DNA of 64,000 nt from Candidatus Culexmicrobium cathedralense (GCA_025061115.1 JANZKC010000001.1:576001-640000); one strand, 5' to 3'; positions 18,286-28,250 are shown, counted from the stretch's first letter. Notes: generated from the sequence alone by a model not told the origin. Program-made: numbers and translations.

Positions 18286-20958
18286 ATGAACTCCAAGGGT
18301 AGAGCGGCGATGCAAATGAAGAAGACCTTAATCGGATTAGCACTACTAGCACTAACAGTAATATCGACCCTACCAGTAGCTCAGCTAGCAGCAGCCCAAA
18401 CCACCCAGCCAGCCCTCAAGCAATGGAGGACAAAGGGCTGGAAAGCCATTGAGACGGACGTCGTCACAATAATATTCCCAGCAGGAGGAAAGCACCCAAT
18501 ATTCATCTGGTACTACAACAGGGACAACAAGACAATCCACGTAGTTCACTTCAAGGGAATGTGGGACTACTTTACAATCGACGTTCCCCACCTAATAGAG
18601 TTCAGGAGAAACCTGAACTTCACAGCTGAATTGGTCAACAAAACCATAACCTCCAAGCTCATAAGAAGGGCAATTGAAATCGAAAGACTGCACAGGTGGC
18701 TTCAACTACACTTAAACAAAACAGCGGAGAAAGCCAGGCAGCTAAGCCTAGAGCTGGAGGAGGCAGCAAATGCAACTCGCGCAATCAAAGAAAGATTCGA
18801 GCGAGCCTGGCAGATACGCATGAGAATAATGAACGAAACAAGAAATATCGTAAGGGAATGCTATGAAGCCATCAAAAGCATAAACAACTTCAACGAAAGC
18901 CTAAGGGGATTAAAGGAGGAATGCGGTCAAGGCGGCTGCGACATATCATTAAAAGTTTCAACAATGAAGGCGTTCACCAAGCAATTAGCAATCAAGATCG
19001 CGGAAAGACTGCTGTTAATGCTGAATCAAACCATGGAATTAAACGCAACAATGCTTAGAAGCCGAATGCATGAAATGGACGTGGAAATAGGCGAAATGAT
19101 CGGCTTATTGAATTCAGTTACAAGCGAATTGAATGCAACTGACAGCATCATCCAATCATTCTTCGGCCCCGGACACCACCTCCTACAGAGGATAAGGCAG
19201 AGAATCAGCAAGTGCAGAAGCCACCTAGCCGAGATCTCTGAAAAGCTAAGCTTAATCCGCAGCGTAACTCGATTAGCAATGGAAGAGGCAGATGAATTGG
19301 AGGATGAAATACGTGAAGCGCGCAAGCACTTTGAGCATGCAAGCAAAGTAGTTAAAGTGATCAGGGAAGTAATGCATGAACTGAAAGCCGACCTAGAAGA
19401 GGGAGCTGCAAACTACACAGACCTACAAAACATCGTCAACGTTGCTCTAAACGCTTCAATCAACATTTCACACGTCCTACAAGTATTAAACAAATTAAAT
19501 GTAACCACAGACGTTGAGGTTGCAGCGTCGCTGGCAAGGCAATTGGACCTCAACGTAAGCAAAGTCAAATCGTTCATAATCAATATTGAAAAGAACATCT
19601 CCAAAGCAATGGGCAGGTGTCATGAAGAGGCCGAGAAAGCAAGGCAAATGATGGAGAACATAAAGGGAATGGTTGCAGCGTGGAAAGCCAAGTGGCGCCC
19701 ACCATTCTTCCACTTCGCCTCTGGATTCTGGAACCTAACCGACGTAGGGCCAATAACGGCAGAGGATGGAACTGAAATAGGAGTGACGTTCACATACAAG
19801 CTAACCTACGTTCCAAATCCCCACTTCAAATTCCTCGAAGACAACCTAATGATCAGGTGCAGGTTCTACTATGTGCCAGTAAAGGAGGAAGTTGGCAACG
19901 TAACCTACACGGTAACCAAGGCGGAGCTTAAAATGGACTTCGTCCTAAGCAAGTGGAATTGGATACTGGATGAAATCAAGGAAGCACTAGAGGAGTACGG
20001 CGTCAAAGTAAATGGAACCGAAGGACTTGCACTATGGATAGACGCAGCATCACTCAACCTGGAAAGGCTACGGAAACACAACATGACAATCGTGGAGGCA
20101 GGAGAGAAAATTGCTACGGCAGCTGCAAGGGCAAGCATATTAACTCACGTAAACGCAGTGGGAAGAGAAGTAAAGGTTAACGTAAACGTGAAGGTTAACG
20201 CCACCAAGGAGTATGAAAGGCCGCTGCCAATACCGAGGGAGCTAGGCGAACACCTGAAAATCAGATTCCTATCGGAAAACGAAACTCTAGGAGGATTCTT
20301 CAAATTCATAAACGTTGCAACAGTAACCTATCCAAATGGAACTAGGGAAACAGTTGACGTCAAAGCATCATACTTGGAGGCAGGCGGAGCACTAAGAATA
20401 TTCATATGCTACCCATACTTCGATGGAGGAATATTGGAGCACGATCCAAGCATAGGACTTGAAGTGGAGGAAACCACAACGCCCGAAGCCCTAAACCCAA
20501 TCTACACGCTACAAGCTCCAACGGCAGGGGAGCTTGAACCAACATCCGCTCTAATAATAATGGCAGCAACGCCAAAAGCCACAGAAATCACGGCAACCCA
20601 TGGAGAAACCATAGAGGTGGAAGTAGCACTAAAAGACGCATATGGAAGGCCAGTTGAATCGGCAAGCGTTGAAGTAACAATTGCAGGAACTACATATACA
20701 GCAACTGAAGTTGAGCCAGGAGTATACGCTGCAAGCATACCAACTGAAGACCTGTCACCCGGAAAGTACGTTGCAGAAGTAGAGGCCAGCAAGGAAGGAT
20801 ACTCATTAGCAGAGGCTTCCATCAACATAGTCATAAATCCAAAGCCGCCTGCCCAGCTAATAGTTGGATTCGAAACGGTAGTCATGACTGCAGTAGCAAT
20901 AGGAGCAATTGCAACCGCAATCATAGTAACCAAGAAAAGAGCGGGAAAGAAAGTTTGA
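18286..20958 (+). CDS. Large cell-surface glycoprotein with long helical/coiled-coil insertion, Ig-like domain and C-terminal TM anchor
   Basis: Signal peptide (MKKTLIGLALLAL), about 23 N-x-S/T sequons by manual count, HDPSIG motif, C-terminal TM followed by KKRAGKKV. Confidence 0.75.
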   Translation: MNSKGRAAMQMKKTLIGLALLALTVISTLPVAQLAAAQTTQPALKQWRTKGWKAIETDVVTIIFPAGGKHPIFIWYYNRDNKTIHVVHFKGMWDYFTIDVPHLIEFRRNLNFTAELVNKTITSKLIRRAIEIERLHRWLQLHLNKTAEKARQLSLELEEAANATRAIKERFERAWQIRMRIMNETRNIVRECYEAIKSINNFNESLRGLKEECGQGGCDISLKVSTMKAFTKQLAIKIAERLLLMLNQTMELNATMLRSRMHEMDVEIGEMIGLLNSVTSELNATDSIIQSFFGPGHHLLQRIRQRISKCRSHLAEISEKLSLIRSVTRLAMEEADELEDEIREARKHFEHASKVVKVIREVMHELKADLEEGAANYTDLQNIVNVALNASINISHVLQVLNKLNVTTDVEVAASLARQLDLNVSKVKSFIINIEKNISKAMGRCHEEAEKARQMMENIKGMVAAWKAKWRPPFFHFASGFWNLTDVGPITAEDGTEIGVTFTYKLTYVPNPHFKFLEDNLMIRCRFYYVPVKEEVGNVTYTVTKAELKMDFVLSKWNWILDEIKEALEEYGVKVNGTEGLALWIDAASLNLERLRKHNMTIVEAGEKIATAAARASILTHVNAVGREVKVNVNVKVNATKEYERPLPIPRELGEHLKIRFLSENETLGGFFKFINVATVTYPNGTRETVDVKASYLEAGGALRIFICYPYFDGGILEHDPSIGLEVEETTTPEALNPIYTLQAPTAGELEPTSALIIMAATPKATEITATHGETIEVEVALKDAYGRPVESASVEVTIAGTTYTATEVEPGVYAASIPTEDLSPGKYVAEVEASKEGYSLAEASINIVINPKPPAQLIVGFETVVMTAVAIGAIATAIIVTKKRAGKKV

Positions 20959-20960
20959 AT

Positions 20961-21884
20961 TCACCTAAAAACCCTTTTCTTTTTACGGCTTGAAGATTTA
21001 TGGTCGGTTTTAAATTTCAATTCAACAACATCACCAACAATAAAGCTCCAAGAAGAAGGCTTAATCACTTTAAGTAGAGGCTTATTAAAGTAGCTTCCAA
21101 CACCCCTAACCCTCAAACCCCCAACATAAACTTCACACAAAGCCTTGAAAAGGGAATAGCAGCTAAAGCCCCGATAAACCTCTCCAACCACGCTGCCCAA
21201 AGCATCAACAAGCCTAAAGCCAGCTGGAAGCGCCAAATTGAGGGCAGCGCCATAACCATAGTGGGGCAAGCCTCCATCAACAAATGCAGCTTCACCATCA
21301 GCATATAGAGCCAAGCCGCACCTCATAAAGCCTCCACAATCAGATGGTCTAAGCCACACGTAGCATCCGCAATCCTCGTAAACTGTGTAGAGGCTGCCAA
21401 TGCAGCTCGGCTTTGAAATTAAGCGAACAGCTGGACTAACATCAAGTTCAAATGCCCCTAAAGCCCTCTTCGCATCATCTGGAGGGCGCACCTCAATGTG
21501 CATGTGCAAGTCAGACCAAGGGGAGAAGTAGCCCGAAGTCCAAAGCACGCCAAGATAATCCCCAAGAGAAACCCTCTCACCAGGTTTAACCTTAGGCTTA
21601 ACGTGAAGTATTTTTAAGACAGCATCATCCCCAACCCTAATGATAGTTAGGTAGTCGAAGCCATCTGCATCCCTCCTAAACCTCGGGCACTCAAACTTCT
21701 CAACCTCCAAAACAACGCCTTCCTCAGCAGGGAAGAGAGCCTCCAAATCCGGAAAGTAGATGTCAATTGCAGATGAAGACTTGTGGGCAGGATATGGACT
21801 ATTGAAAAAGCTAAACCAGCAGCTGCTTGGAACCTTAACCTCCAAACCCCTACACTTCGCAATGGTGACGTACATGCCCACCAC
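20961..21884 (-). CDS. Peptidase M23-like fold protein, uncharacterised
   Basis: HKSSSAIDIY, APxxGxV-like FPAEEGVV, LHVKPKVKPGERVSLGDYLG, SGYFSPWSDLHMHIEVR. Confidence 0.55.
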   Translation of the reverse strand: MVGMYVTIAKCRGLEVKVPSSCWFSFFNSPYPAHKSSSAIDIYFPDLEALFPAEEGVVLEVEKFECPRFRRDADGFDYLTIIRVGDDAVLKILHVKPKVKPGERVSLGDYLGVLWTSGYFSPWSDLHMHIEVRPPDDAKRALGAFELDVSPAVRLISKPSCIGSLYTVYEDCGCYVWLRPSDCGGFMRCGLALYADGEAAFVDGGLPHYGYGAALNLALPAGFRLVDALGSVVGEVYRGFSCYSLFKALCEVYVGGLRVRGVGSYFNKPLLKVIKPSSWSFIVGDVVELKFKTDHKSSSRKKKRVFR

Positions 21885-21987
21885 AATCGATTAACCGTGA
21901 TTAGCAATCAAGTGATACGCAGATAAGTATTTAAGACAACTTCGAATCGTAACCTATTTATTATGACAGAAACAGCTATACTACGGT

Positions 21988-22021
21988 GATTCGACTATTA
22001 ATGAAGGAGGATTCGACTATT
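21988..22021. repeat. 12-bp direct repeat GATTCGACTATT x2 flanking the thiolase RBS
   Basis: Copies at 21988-21999 and 22010-22021 with AAGGAGG between them. Confidence 0.7.
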
Positions 22022-23225
22022 GACGATAAAACCCGTAATCGTTGGAGCAGGTAGAACCTCATTCGGAGAGCACTACGAGGAAAACCCCGAGGAACTAATT
22101 GAGGAAGCAGGGCTAAGAGCCCTGGAAGCCGCGGGAATCGAAAGGAAAGATCTAGATGCAGTCTTCATAGCAGATTACTTCCTCCAAGTCACCAACAAAA
22201 TCGGGCTGGAGGAGGGATTCATCTCAGAGCTGCTTGAAATCAACGTTCCAATGGAAACCCTGCGATCATTTAGCTCAGCGCTCTCCTACGCATGCAATGC
22301 AATTGAAGCAGGAAGATTCAACGTCGTCCTCGTAGGTGGAGTTGAAAAGATGACCGACAGGCTCGACAAGATAAGAGATGACCTAATGATGCTTGGAGAC
22401 CCATGGAGCTACTACGCTGGAGGAACCCCCGAAGCATTCCACGAACTAATGCTCAGAGAATACGTTAAAAAGCACGGAATATCCGGAGGCGACTACGAGA
22501 AGCTGCTGAAGGCATTGGCATTCATTTCATCAAAGAACCACGAATACGGATCCACCAATCCGCTCGCCCACTTCTACGGAAGGAGGATAAGCGTTGAAGA
22601 CGTCATCAAAATGAGGAAGAGGAGCGGAAGCATCCTAGGCCTATACGACTTCGCCCCAATATCAGATGGAGCCTCAGCAATAATAGTAGTAAGCTCGAAC
22701 GTAGCCAGCAAAATAGCGGATGAAGGATTGCTAATAGCTGGAAGAGGATGCGCAACCGACTACATATCCTACTTCGCAAGGGAGGAAAAGGCAGGATTCA
22801 AATCCACCAGAAAGGCAGCTGCAAAAGCATTTGAAGAGGCAGAAGCGTCAGTCAAGGACATCGAGCTAGCAGAGGTTTACGACCAATCAACGCTTCTGGA
22901 GCTCACCACGCTTGAAGACCTGAAGCTCTGCGAAGCAGGAAAAGCGTGGGAAGTAATTTACGGAAGCTGCGAAGCAGGAAAGCTCACCTACAACATCAAT
23001 GGGAAGGAAATATACGTAAACACCAATGGAGGGCTAAAAGCCGACGGCAACCCATTGGGAGCAACTGGAGGAGCACAAGTATGCGAAGCATACACGCAGC
23101 TACTTGAAAAAGCCGGCGCAAGGCAAGTCCAATTCAGCAGCAAAGACCCCCACGCATTAACCGTAGAGCTTGAAGGCTTTGGAACCAAATCATACGTCTA
23201 CATATTTAGGAGGTGGAGAGGTTGA
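22020..23225 (+). CDS. Thiolase-family protein with degenerate catalytic motifs
   Basis: GGVEKMTD, APISDGASA, VNTNGGLKADGNPLGATG, AGARQV. Confidence 0.85.
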   Translation: MTIKPVIVGAGRTSFGEHYEENPEELIEEAGLRALEAAGIERKDLDAVFIADYFLQVTNKIGLEEGFISELLEINVPMETLRSFSSALSYACNAIEAGRFNVVLVGGVEKMTDRLDKIRDDLMMLGDPWSYYAGGTPEAFHELMLREYVKKHGISGGDYEKLLKALAFISSKNHEYGSTNPLAHFYGRRISVEDVIKMRKRSGSILGLYDFAPISDGASAIIVVSSNVASKIADEGLLIAGRGCATDYISYFAREEKAGFKSTRKAAAKAFEEAEASVKDIELAEVYDQSTLLELTTLEDLKLCEAGKAWEVIYGSCEAGKLTYNINGKEIYVNTNGGLKADGNPLGATGGAQVCEAYTQLLEKAGARQVQFSSKDPHALTVELEGFGTKSYVYIFRRWRG

Positions 23226-24730
23226 GCTCCGAGCCAATTGAGAGGAGAGTTAGCTACATAGCAGACAGGCTTAGGGGAAGCGAATGCACCCTATGCGGAA
23301 GAAGGTACTTCAAGCCAAGAGACTACTGCGGAAAATGCGGTAGGAAGAGCTTCGGAAAAATGAGGGAAATAAACTTCTTCTACTCCAAAGGCGTGGTGGA
23401 AGTATGTACCATCATCATGGAAGCCACCAACAGATTCAGAATGCTAGCCCCATTCATATATGGAATAGTATCCTTCAATGGAGTTAAAGTTCCAGGAAGA
23501 CTAACCGACTACATACCTGAAGGGGAATTCGACCCAGCCAAGTTCGAGGGAAGAGAAGTTGTAGCTAGATTTAGAAGGAGGTACTCGGCCAGGCCCGAAG
23601 ACATAATTCCAACATCATCGCTCACATTCACCTTCGCAGACGAATACTACCCATACATGGAGTACAAGGTTGAAAAGCCGAAGGAGTACTCGGAAAAGCC
23701 GGGAATAGTAGGATATGGCCTATACACTTCAAGATTCAGAATTAGGGAAGGCAGAATGGAGAGGTCAGTCCCATTCCTAGATGAAGACGCCATAACAGCT
23801 GCAGTTGAAGCAGGAAAAATAGCGCTCATCCACTCAGCATTAGACAGCAAGCTCATAAGGAAAATCTACGTGGGATCAGAGTCAAATCCATATGCAGTCA
23901 AGCCAATAGCCTCCAAAGTCGCCCAAGTCCTAGACCTAGGCGAAGACCTCGGAGATGCAGTTAAGGGAGTAGACGCAATAGACACCGAATTCGCATGCAA
24001 AGCAGCTACAAGCATGTTCAAAGACGCAGCAGCACTTACAAGCTACATGAACAATCTAGGCGAAGACTACTTCGCAATGGTTATCGGAGCAGACAACTCC
24101 CAAGCAGCACCAAGATGGGCTCCAGGAGGAGAGCTCGACTACTTCGTTGGATTTGGAGCAGCAGCATTCATAATCGGCAATCGAGACGTCATAGCTGAAA
24201 TAGAAGGATGGTACTCATGCACCTCAGACACCCCGGACTTCTGGAGGAGAGACGGGCAGAAATACCCCATGCACGGAGGAAGATTCACAGGCGAGCCAGC
24301 CTACTTCAAGCACATAATTAAAGCTGCTAAAGCCCTCATGGACAAAATGAGGCTAAAGCCAAGCGACATAGAATACTTCGTCCCCCACCAGCCAAACGCT
24401 AGATTCCCACTCAAAGCAGCCAAGAGGCTTGGATTCAAGAACGAGCAGTGCCTACCCGCACTTAAAGTTGTAAACTTCGGAAACCTATACTCAGGCTCCT
24501 CGCCGGCAGGACTCGCGGCAGTGCTTGACATAGCCAAGCCATACGAAAAAATACTCCTAGTAAGCTACGGCTCAGGAGCAGGAAGCGACGCGTACCTACT
24601 AACCGTAACGCCAAAAATAGTTGAAAAGCGGAAGAGGACGGAGAAGTTCAACGTGAAGTGGCAGGTTCAAAACCCATACCTAAAGTACATAGACTACAGC
24701 ACCTACAGAAAGTTCAAAGAGGGAATTTAA
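23213..24730 (+). CDS. DUF35 (Zn-ribbon/OB-fold)-hydroxymethylglutaryl-CoA synthase fusion
   Basis: N-terminal GSECTLCGRRYFKPRDYCGKC...ARFRR; C-terminal DEDAITAAVEA, VGSESNPYAVKP, EFACKA, DFWRR, HQPN, GNLYSGS, SYGSGAGSD. Confidence 0.9.
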   Translation: MERLSSEPIERRVSYIADRLRGSECTLCGRRYFKPRDYCGKCGRKSFGKMREINFFYSKGVVEVCTIIMEATNRFRMLAPFIYGIVSFNGVKVPGRLTDYIPEGEFDPAKFEGREVVARFRRRYSARPEDIIPTSSLTFTFADEYYPYMEYKVEKPKEYSEKPGIVGYGLYTSRFRIREGRMERSVPFLDEDAITAAVEAGKIALIHSALDSKLIRKIYVGSESNPYAVKPIASKVAQVLDLGEDLGDAVKGVDAIDTEFACKAATSMFKDAAALTSYMNNLGEDYFAMVIGADNSQAAPRWAPGGELDYFVGFGAAAFIIGNRDVIAEIEGWYSCTSDTPDFWRRDGQKYPMHGGRFTGEPAYFKHIIKAAKALMDKMRLKPSDIEYFVPHQPNARFPLKAAKRLGFKNEQCLPALKVVNFGNLYSGSSPAGLAAVLDIAKPYEKILLVSYGSGAGSDAYLLTVTPKIVEKRKRTEKFNVKWQVQNPYLKYIDYSTYRKFKEGI

Positions 24731-24736
24731 GGCCCC

Positions 24737-25975
24737 TTAAGACCTCAACTCTTTTTGCTTAATAATCAAGTCAACCGAGGGGTAGGGGGAGCCGGCCATC
24801 CCATGAAGGAAGGCTCCCCCACTCAAGCACACCGTCCCGCCTGTGCTGGTAATAATCCTATCCAACCCGTACTTCACTATTTCGGCGGTAGTATCGCCGC
24901 CGAGAAATATCAAGCCGCTGCCTGCAATCCGCTTAGTCAGGATTATGCCGTGATTATAGCCCCTCTCATAAACTCCAAGCGGGCCAGCCCTAATCCTAAT
25001 GGTCTTCTCCTGAAGCTTCTCAGCATATAGGTCGACGGTCTCCATGCCAATATCCATGATGACTCCATTACTCTTGCTCAACTCGTTTATTGAGACCTCC
25101 CTATTCTCCCCATTCTCCAAAACGACGAAGTCAACTGGATGATAAATCTTGAACTTCCTAACAAGCATCCTAGCAACATCAAATATTTCAGGAGAAAACT
25201 TCTCCTCCAAAAACCTATTATTCCTCGGCCCCAAGTCATACCCCTTAACCCTAGCAATAAGCTGGCCGGGCAAACCGCCAGTAAAAGCATCCATTTTAGA
25301 GAGAATTGAAACCAAGTAATTCGTCTTAGCAAGCTTAGCGCCACCCATAATAATGCCGCAGTCGCCGGCAGGCTCATGCAAAACCTCACTCAAAGCCTTC
25401 AACTCATAAACAGACCTAACTCCAACCCAAGTTGGAGCAATGTATGGCAATGCCATCAAGCTTGTGTGAGCCCTATGCCAAACGGGCATTGCATCATTAA
25501 CGCAGCTCTTAATCACACCCTTAAAGAACTTGATGTAACTTGAAGTTGAAGGATCAAACTCATATTCGCTCTTAAACATCCTAACATTGTCAAGGAGGAG
25601 AATTTCGCCGGCCCTAAGCTCCCTAATCCTACGCCTAGTCTCCTCAGTAAACACCTTATCGGCTGGAATGAAGTCGATGTCAATTTTAGTGGGTAGAAGC
25701 CGCCTCAAAACAATCCAATGCTGCTTCAAGCTAATGAAGTCCTTATTTCCAGGCCTCCCCTGATGAGCAGTTACAACCAGCCCAGCATACTCGGAAAGCA
25801 GCTCCAAAACATGGGCATAAGCAATTATCCTCATATTATCCTCCATGATCCTGCCGCCAACAACAGGAATGTTAATGTCGATCCTAACAAGGGTTGGAGA
25901 ATTTAGCTGAGAAGCCAAGTTAACCAGCCAATAATCCCTAGTAGCCTTATAGTAGTCGACCCCCACAACCACCAC
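24737..25975 (-). CDS. pgk: Phosphoglycerate kinase (divergent)
   Basis: VRIDINIP, AHQGRP, DNVR, HRAHTS, GGAK, MDIG, GPLGVYE, GGDT, SGGAFL. Confidence 0.8.
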   Translation of the reverse strand: MVVVGVDYYKATRDYWLVNLASQLNSPTLVRIDINIPVVGGRIMEDNMRIIAYAHVLELLSEYAGLVVTAHQGRPGNKDFISLKQHWIVLRRLLPTKIDIDFIPADKVFTEETRRRIRELRAGEILLLDNVRMFKSEYEFDPSTSSYIKFFKGVIKSCVNDAMPVWHRAHTSLMALPYIAPTWVGVRSVYELKALSEVLHEPAGDCGIIMGGAKLAKTNYLVSILSKMDAFTGGLPGQLIARVKGYDLGPRNNRFLEEKFSPEIFDVARMLVRKFKIYHPVDFVVLENGENREVSINELSKSNGVIMDIGMETVDLYAEKLQEKTIRIRAGPLGVYERGYNHGIILTKRIAGSGLIFLGGDTTAEIVKYGLDRIITSTGGTVCLSGGAFLHGMAGSPYPSVDLIIKQKELRS

Positions 25976-26075
25976 CTATATTTACGTCTGTATATATAAC
26001 TTAAAAGTCTTCCCGCCAACCGAAGACAGCAAGAACTTTAAACCCAAAATTGAAAGGAAAAACGGAGGAAAAGCA

Positions 26076-26639
26076 ATGGGCAGATTCGAAGTAATGGCAC
26101 TCCTACAAGCAGCAAGATACTACCTACTATCAGGAGACAGGGAAAAGGCATACTCATTTGGACTCAACAGAGCAATATTCTACGCATGGGCCAAGCACAA
26201 AGGCAAATTCCAAGCAAAAGTAAGAAAGCGCAGACTAACCAAGCCAATTGAGCAGGTAAAGGAGGGAGACAAAATAATGGTATACTTTGGAGATGAAGGA
26301 GCATTCATATCACCTAGAGGATGGTTCATGATTGGAAACATTGAGCAGAGACCAGAGGACTTCAAGAGACAGGTAATTTACAAAATAAATACGCAGGTAC
26401 CCTTCGAAAAAGCATGGAAAGCTGCAATAAATTATGTAAGTAAATTCGGCAAGAATACCTTACTTAGTCAACAAAAATTTTATGAGAAAGTATATAAGCC
26501 AGTTAGAGATAACTTCCTGAACCTAATCAGCAGCCAAGCAACTTCTTCTAAAAACAAAATTCAAGACTTATCAAAATTTATAAAAAATCAGACAAAAGCA
26601 ACTAAAGAAGAAGCTAAAGTGCCAGAAAAACCCAATTAG
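26076..26639 (+). CDS. Conserved hypothetical protein
   Basis: MGRFEVMALLQAARYYL...GLNRAIFYAWAK; GGAGG RBS upstream. Confidence 0.75.
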   Translation: MGRFEVMALLQAARYYLLSGDREKAYSFGLNRAIFYAWAKHKGKFQAKVRKRRLTKPIEQVKEGDKIMVYFGDEGAFISPRGWFMIGNIEQRPEDFKRQVIYKINTQVPFEKAWKAAINYVSKFGKNTLLSQQKFYEKVYKPVRDNFLNLISSQATSSKNKIQDLSKFIKNQTKATKEEAKVPEKPN

Positions 26640-26821
26640 GCTTCTAAAAACGTAAAAACGGCCCTAGGACGCTTCTCATAGTTCCCCATTCACGCACACA
26701 CAGTTAAGACACTCACAGAATCAGGGCATAAAGTAGTTAACTAGATTTAGGAAAGGATATATCTTATAGAGAAGAGATATTAATATTAGAATACCATCCT
26801 CTACAAATAATATTGTAGGGG

Positions 26822-27850
26822 TTGTTTTACATGCCCCTTATTAGTATCTACGGAACAGTATATAATAATGCTTACATAATAGAAAACTCTATATCCTCTC
26901 TAATCAGAGCATTACGTGATTTCGAAGAAAGATATGAGCTAGTTATCGTGGAAAACTACTCTACTGACGGAACTTGGGAAAAGTTACTAAAGATAAAGAA
27001 ACAATACGAAAACCTGAGACTCTTTAGATATAAATGTAGCAGAGGAAAGGGAAGAGATATAGCTCTTAGACAAACTACAGGCGACTTTGTCATGTACCTA
27101 GATTTTGATTGTCTATTTAGTCGCGAGCTTGGGATGATCGTTGAGAGACTATCTAAACTCTGCATGAAAGGAGAAATATGGAACTTCGGCTTCTCGACTA
27201 GAGAAACTATGATAGAGCAGATTGGCGGATGGAAAGATTTAAACTTTGGCGAAGACTGGGAACTTCTCGGAAGAGCGATTAAAAGAGATGTAAAAATAAA
27301 AATCATTCCAGTGAGACGACCCATTCGAAATATAAGGACGACTGAAAACGGAGTATATGGAGAGAGAAGGTATACTCGAGGTACAACATCCTATCTATCA
27401 AGGAAATTACGAAACCTTCGAGACACAGTAATTGGATGGAATTTAAACCCTGCTCATGTAATTTACTCTAACGATAATCTAGCAAGACCTAGCACGTTCA
27501 TGCTATTAATCCTCTCCGCAATCTATAGCTTTACTTTTAGTAATGATCCGCAACATATTAAGTACAAAGTGTACGCAAATACAGAGTACCTACTTCCAGA
27601 AGAAGTAGGCTTGCCTAAAGAATGGTTTTACATTAAATGGGAAAATATTGATCAAACATGGTCAGTAGTGGTTAAACACGTTAAGGAGTTCATCAGAAAG
27701 GATAAAAGAATCCATTTTGCAATACTTCCATTTAGGAAGCTACTAATCTGTTTCAGAGAATATGAAGTATTTAAGAAAAGCTTAGAGGAACATACGTTTT
27801 ACCCATCTTGTGAAAGAATAGGAAAAATTATACTTAAACAATATTTTTGA
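26822..27850 (+). CDS. Glycosyltransferase family 2
   Basis: ISIYGTVYNNA, VIVENYSTDGT, RGKGRD, YLDFD, GEDWE. Confidence 0.85.
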   Translation: MFYMPLISIYGTVYNNAYIIENSISSLIRALRDFEERYELVIVENYSTDGTWEKLLKIKKQYENLRLFRYKCSRGKGRDIALRQTTGDFVMYLDFDCLFSRELGMIVERLSKLCMKGEIWNFGFSTRETMIEQIGGWKDLNFGEDWELLGRAIKRDVKIKIIPVRRPIRNIRTTENGVYGERRYTRGTTSYLSRKLRNLRDTVIGWNLNPAHVIYSNDNLARPSTFMLLILSAIYSFTFSNDPQHIKYKVYANTEYLLPEEVGLPKEWFYIKWENIDQTWSVVVKHVKEFIRKDKRIHFAILPFRKLLICFREYEVFKKSLEEHTFYPSCERIGKIILKQYF

Positions 27851-28250
27851 AACTAAGTCTATATATTTTTGGTATATATAGTAAGGAGTGCATCACCAGT
27901 GGTGAACCTATTTTCATAGAGTCATCTGGGGAGCTTCTCCTTGTAAGTTCGTCTAATTTTCTTTTCCTGAACTATCATACGCGCTAGGCGTTCTAAATGG
28001 CAATTCAACTTCAAGCACAAACTTAAAGTTAATAGATCTTGCAATAATCATATACTTCGTAAGCGGAACAGGTTCTTCGGCTGATCTTAAAATATAAAAC
28101 AATAGACGATAGAGACCTCCTAATAGGAGCTACAGTAATAGTTCACACATTCTAATACTAACTAAAAAATCACGAACACGTCAATAGATAAAAAATATAG
28201 ATTAAAGCTGCTTTAGACGCTAAAATTTCAATTTAACTTGTAAGAATTAT

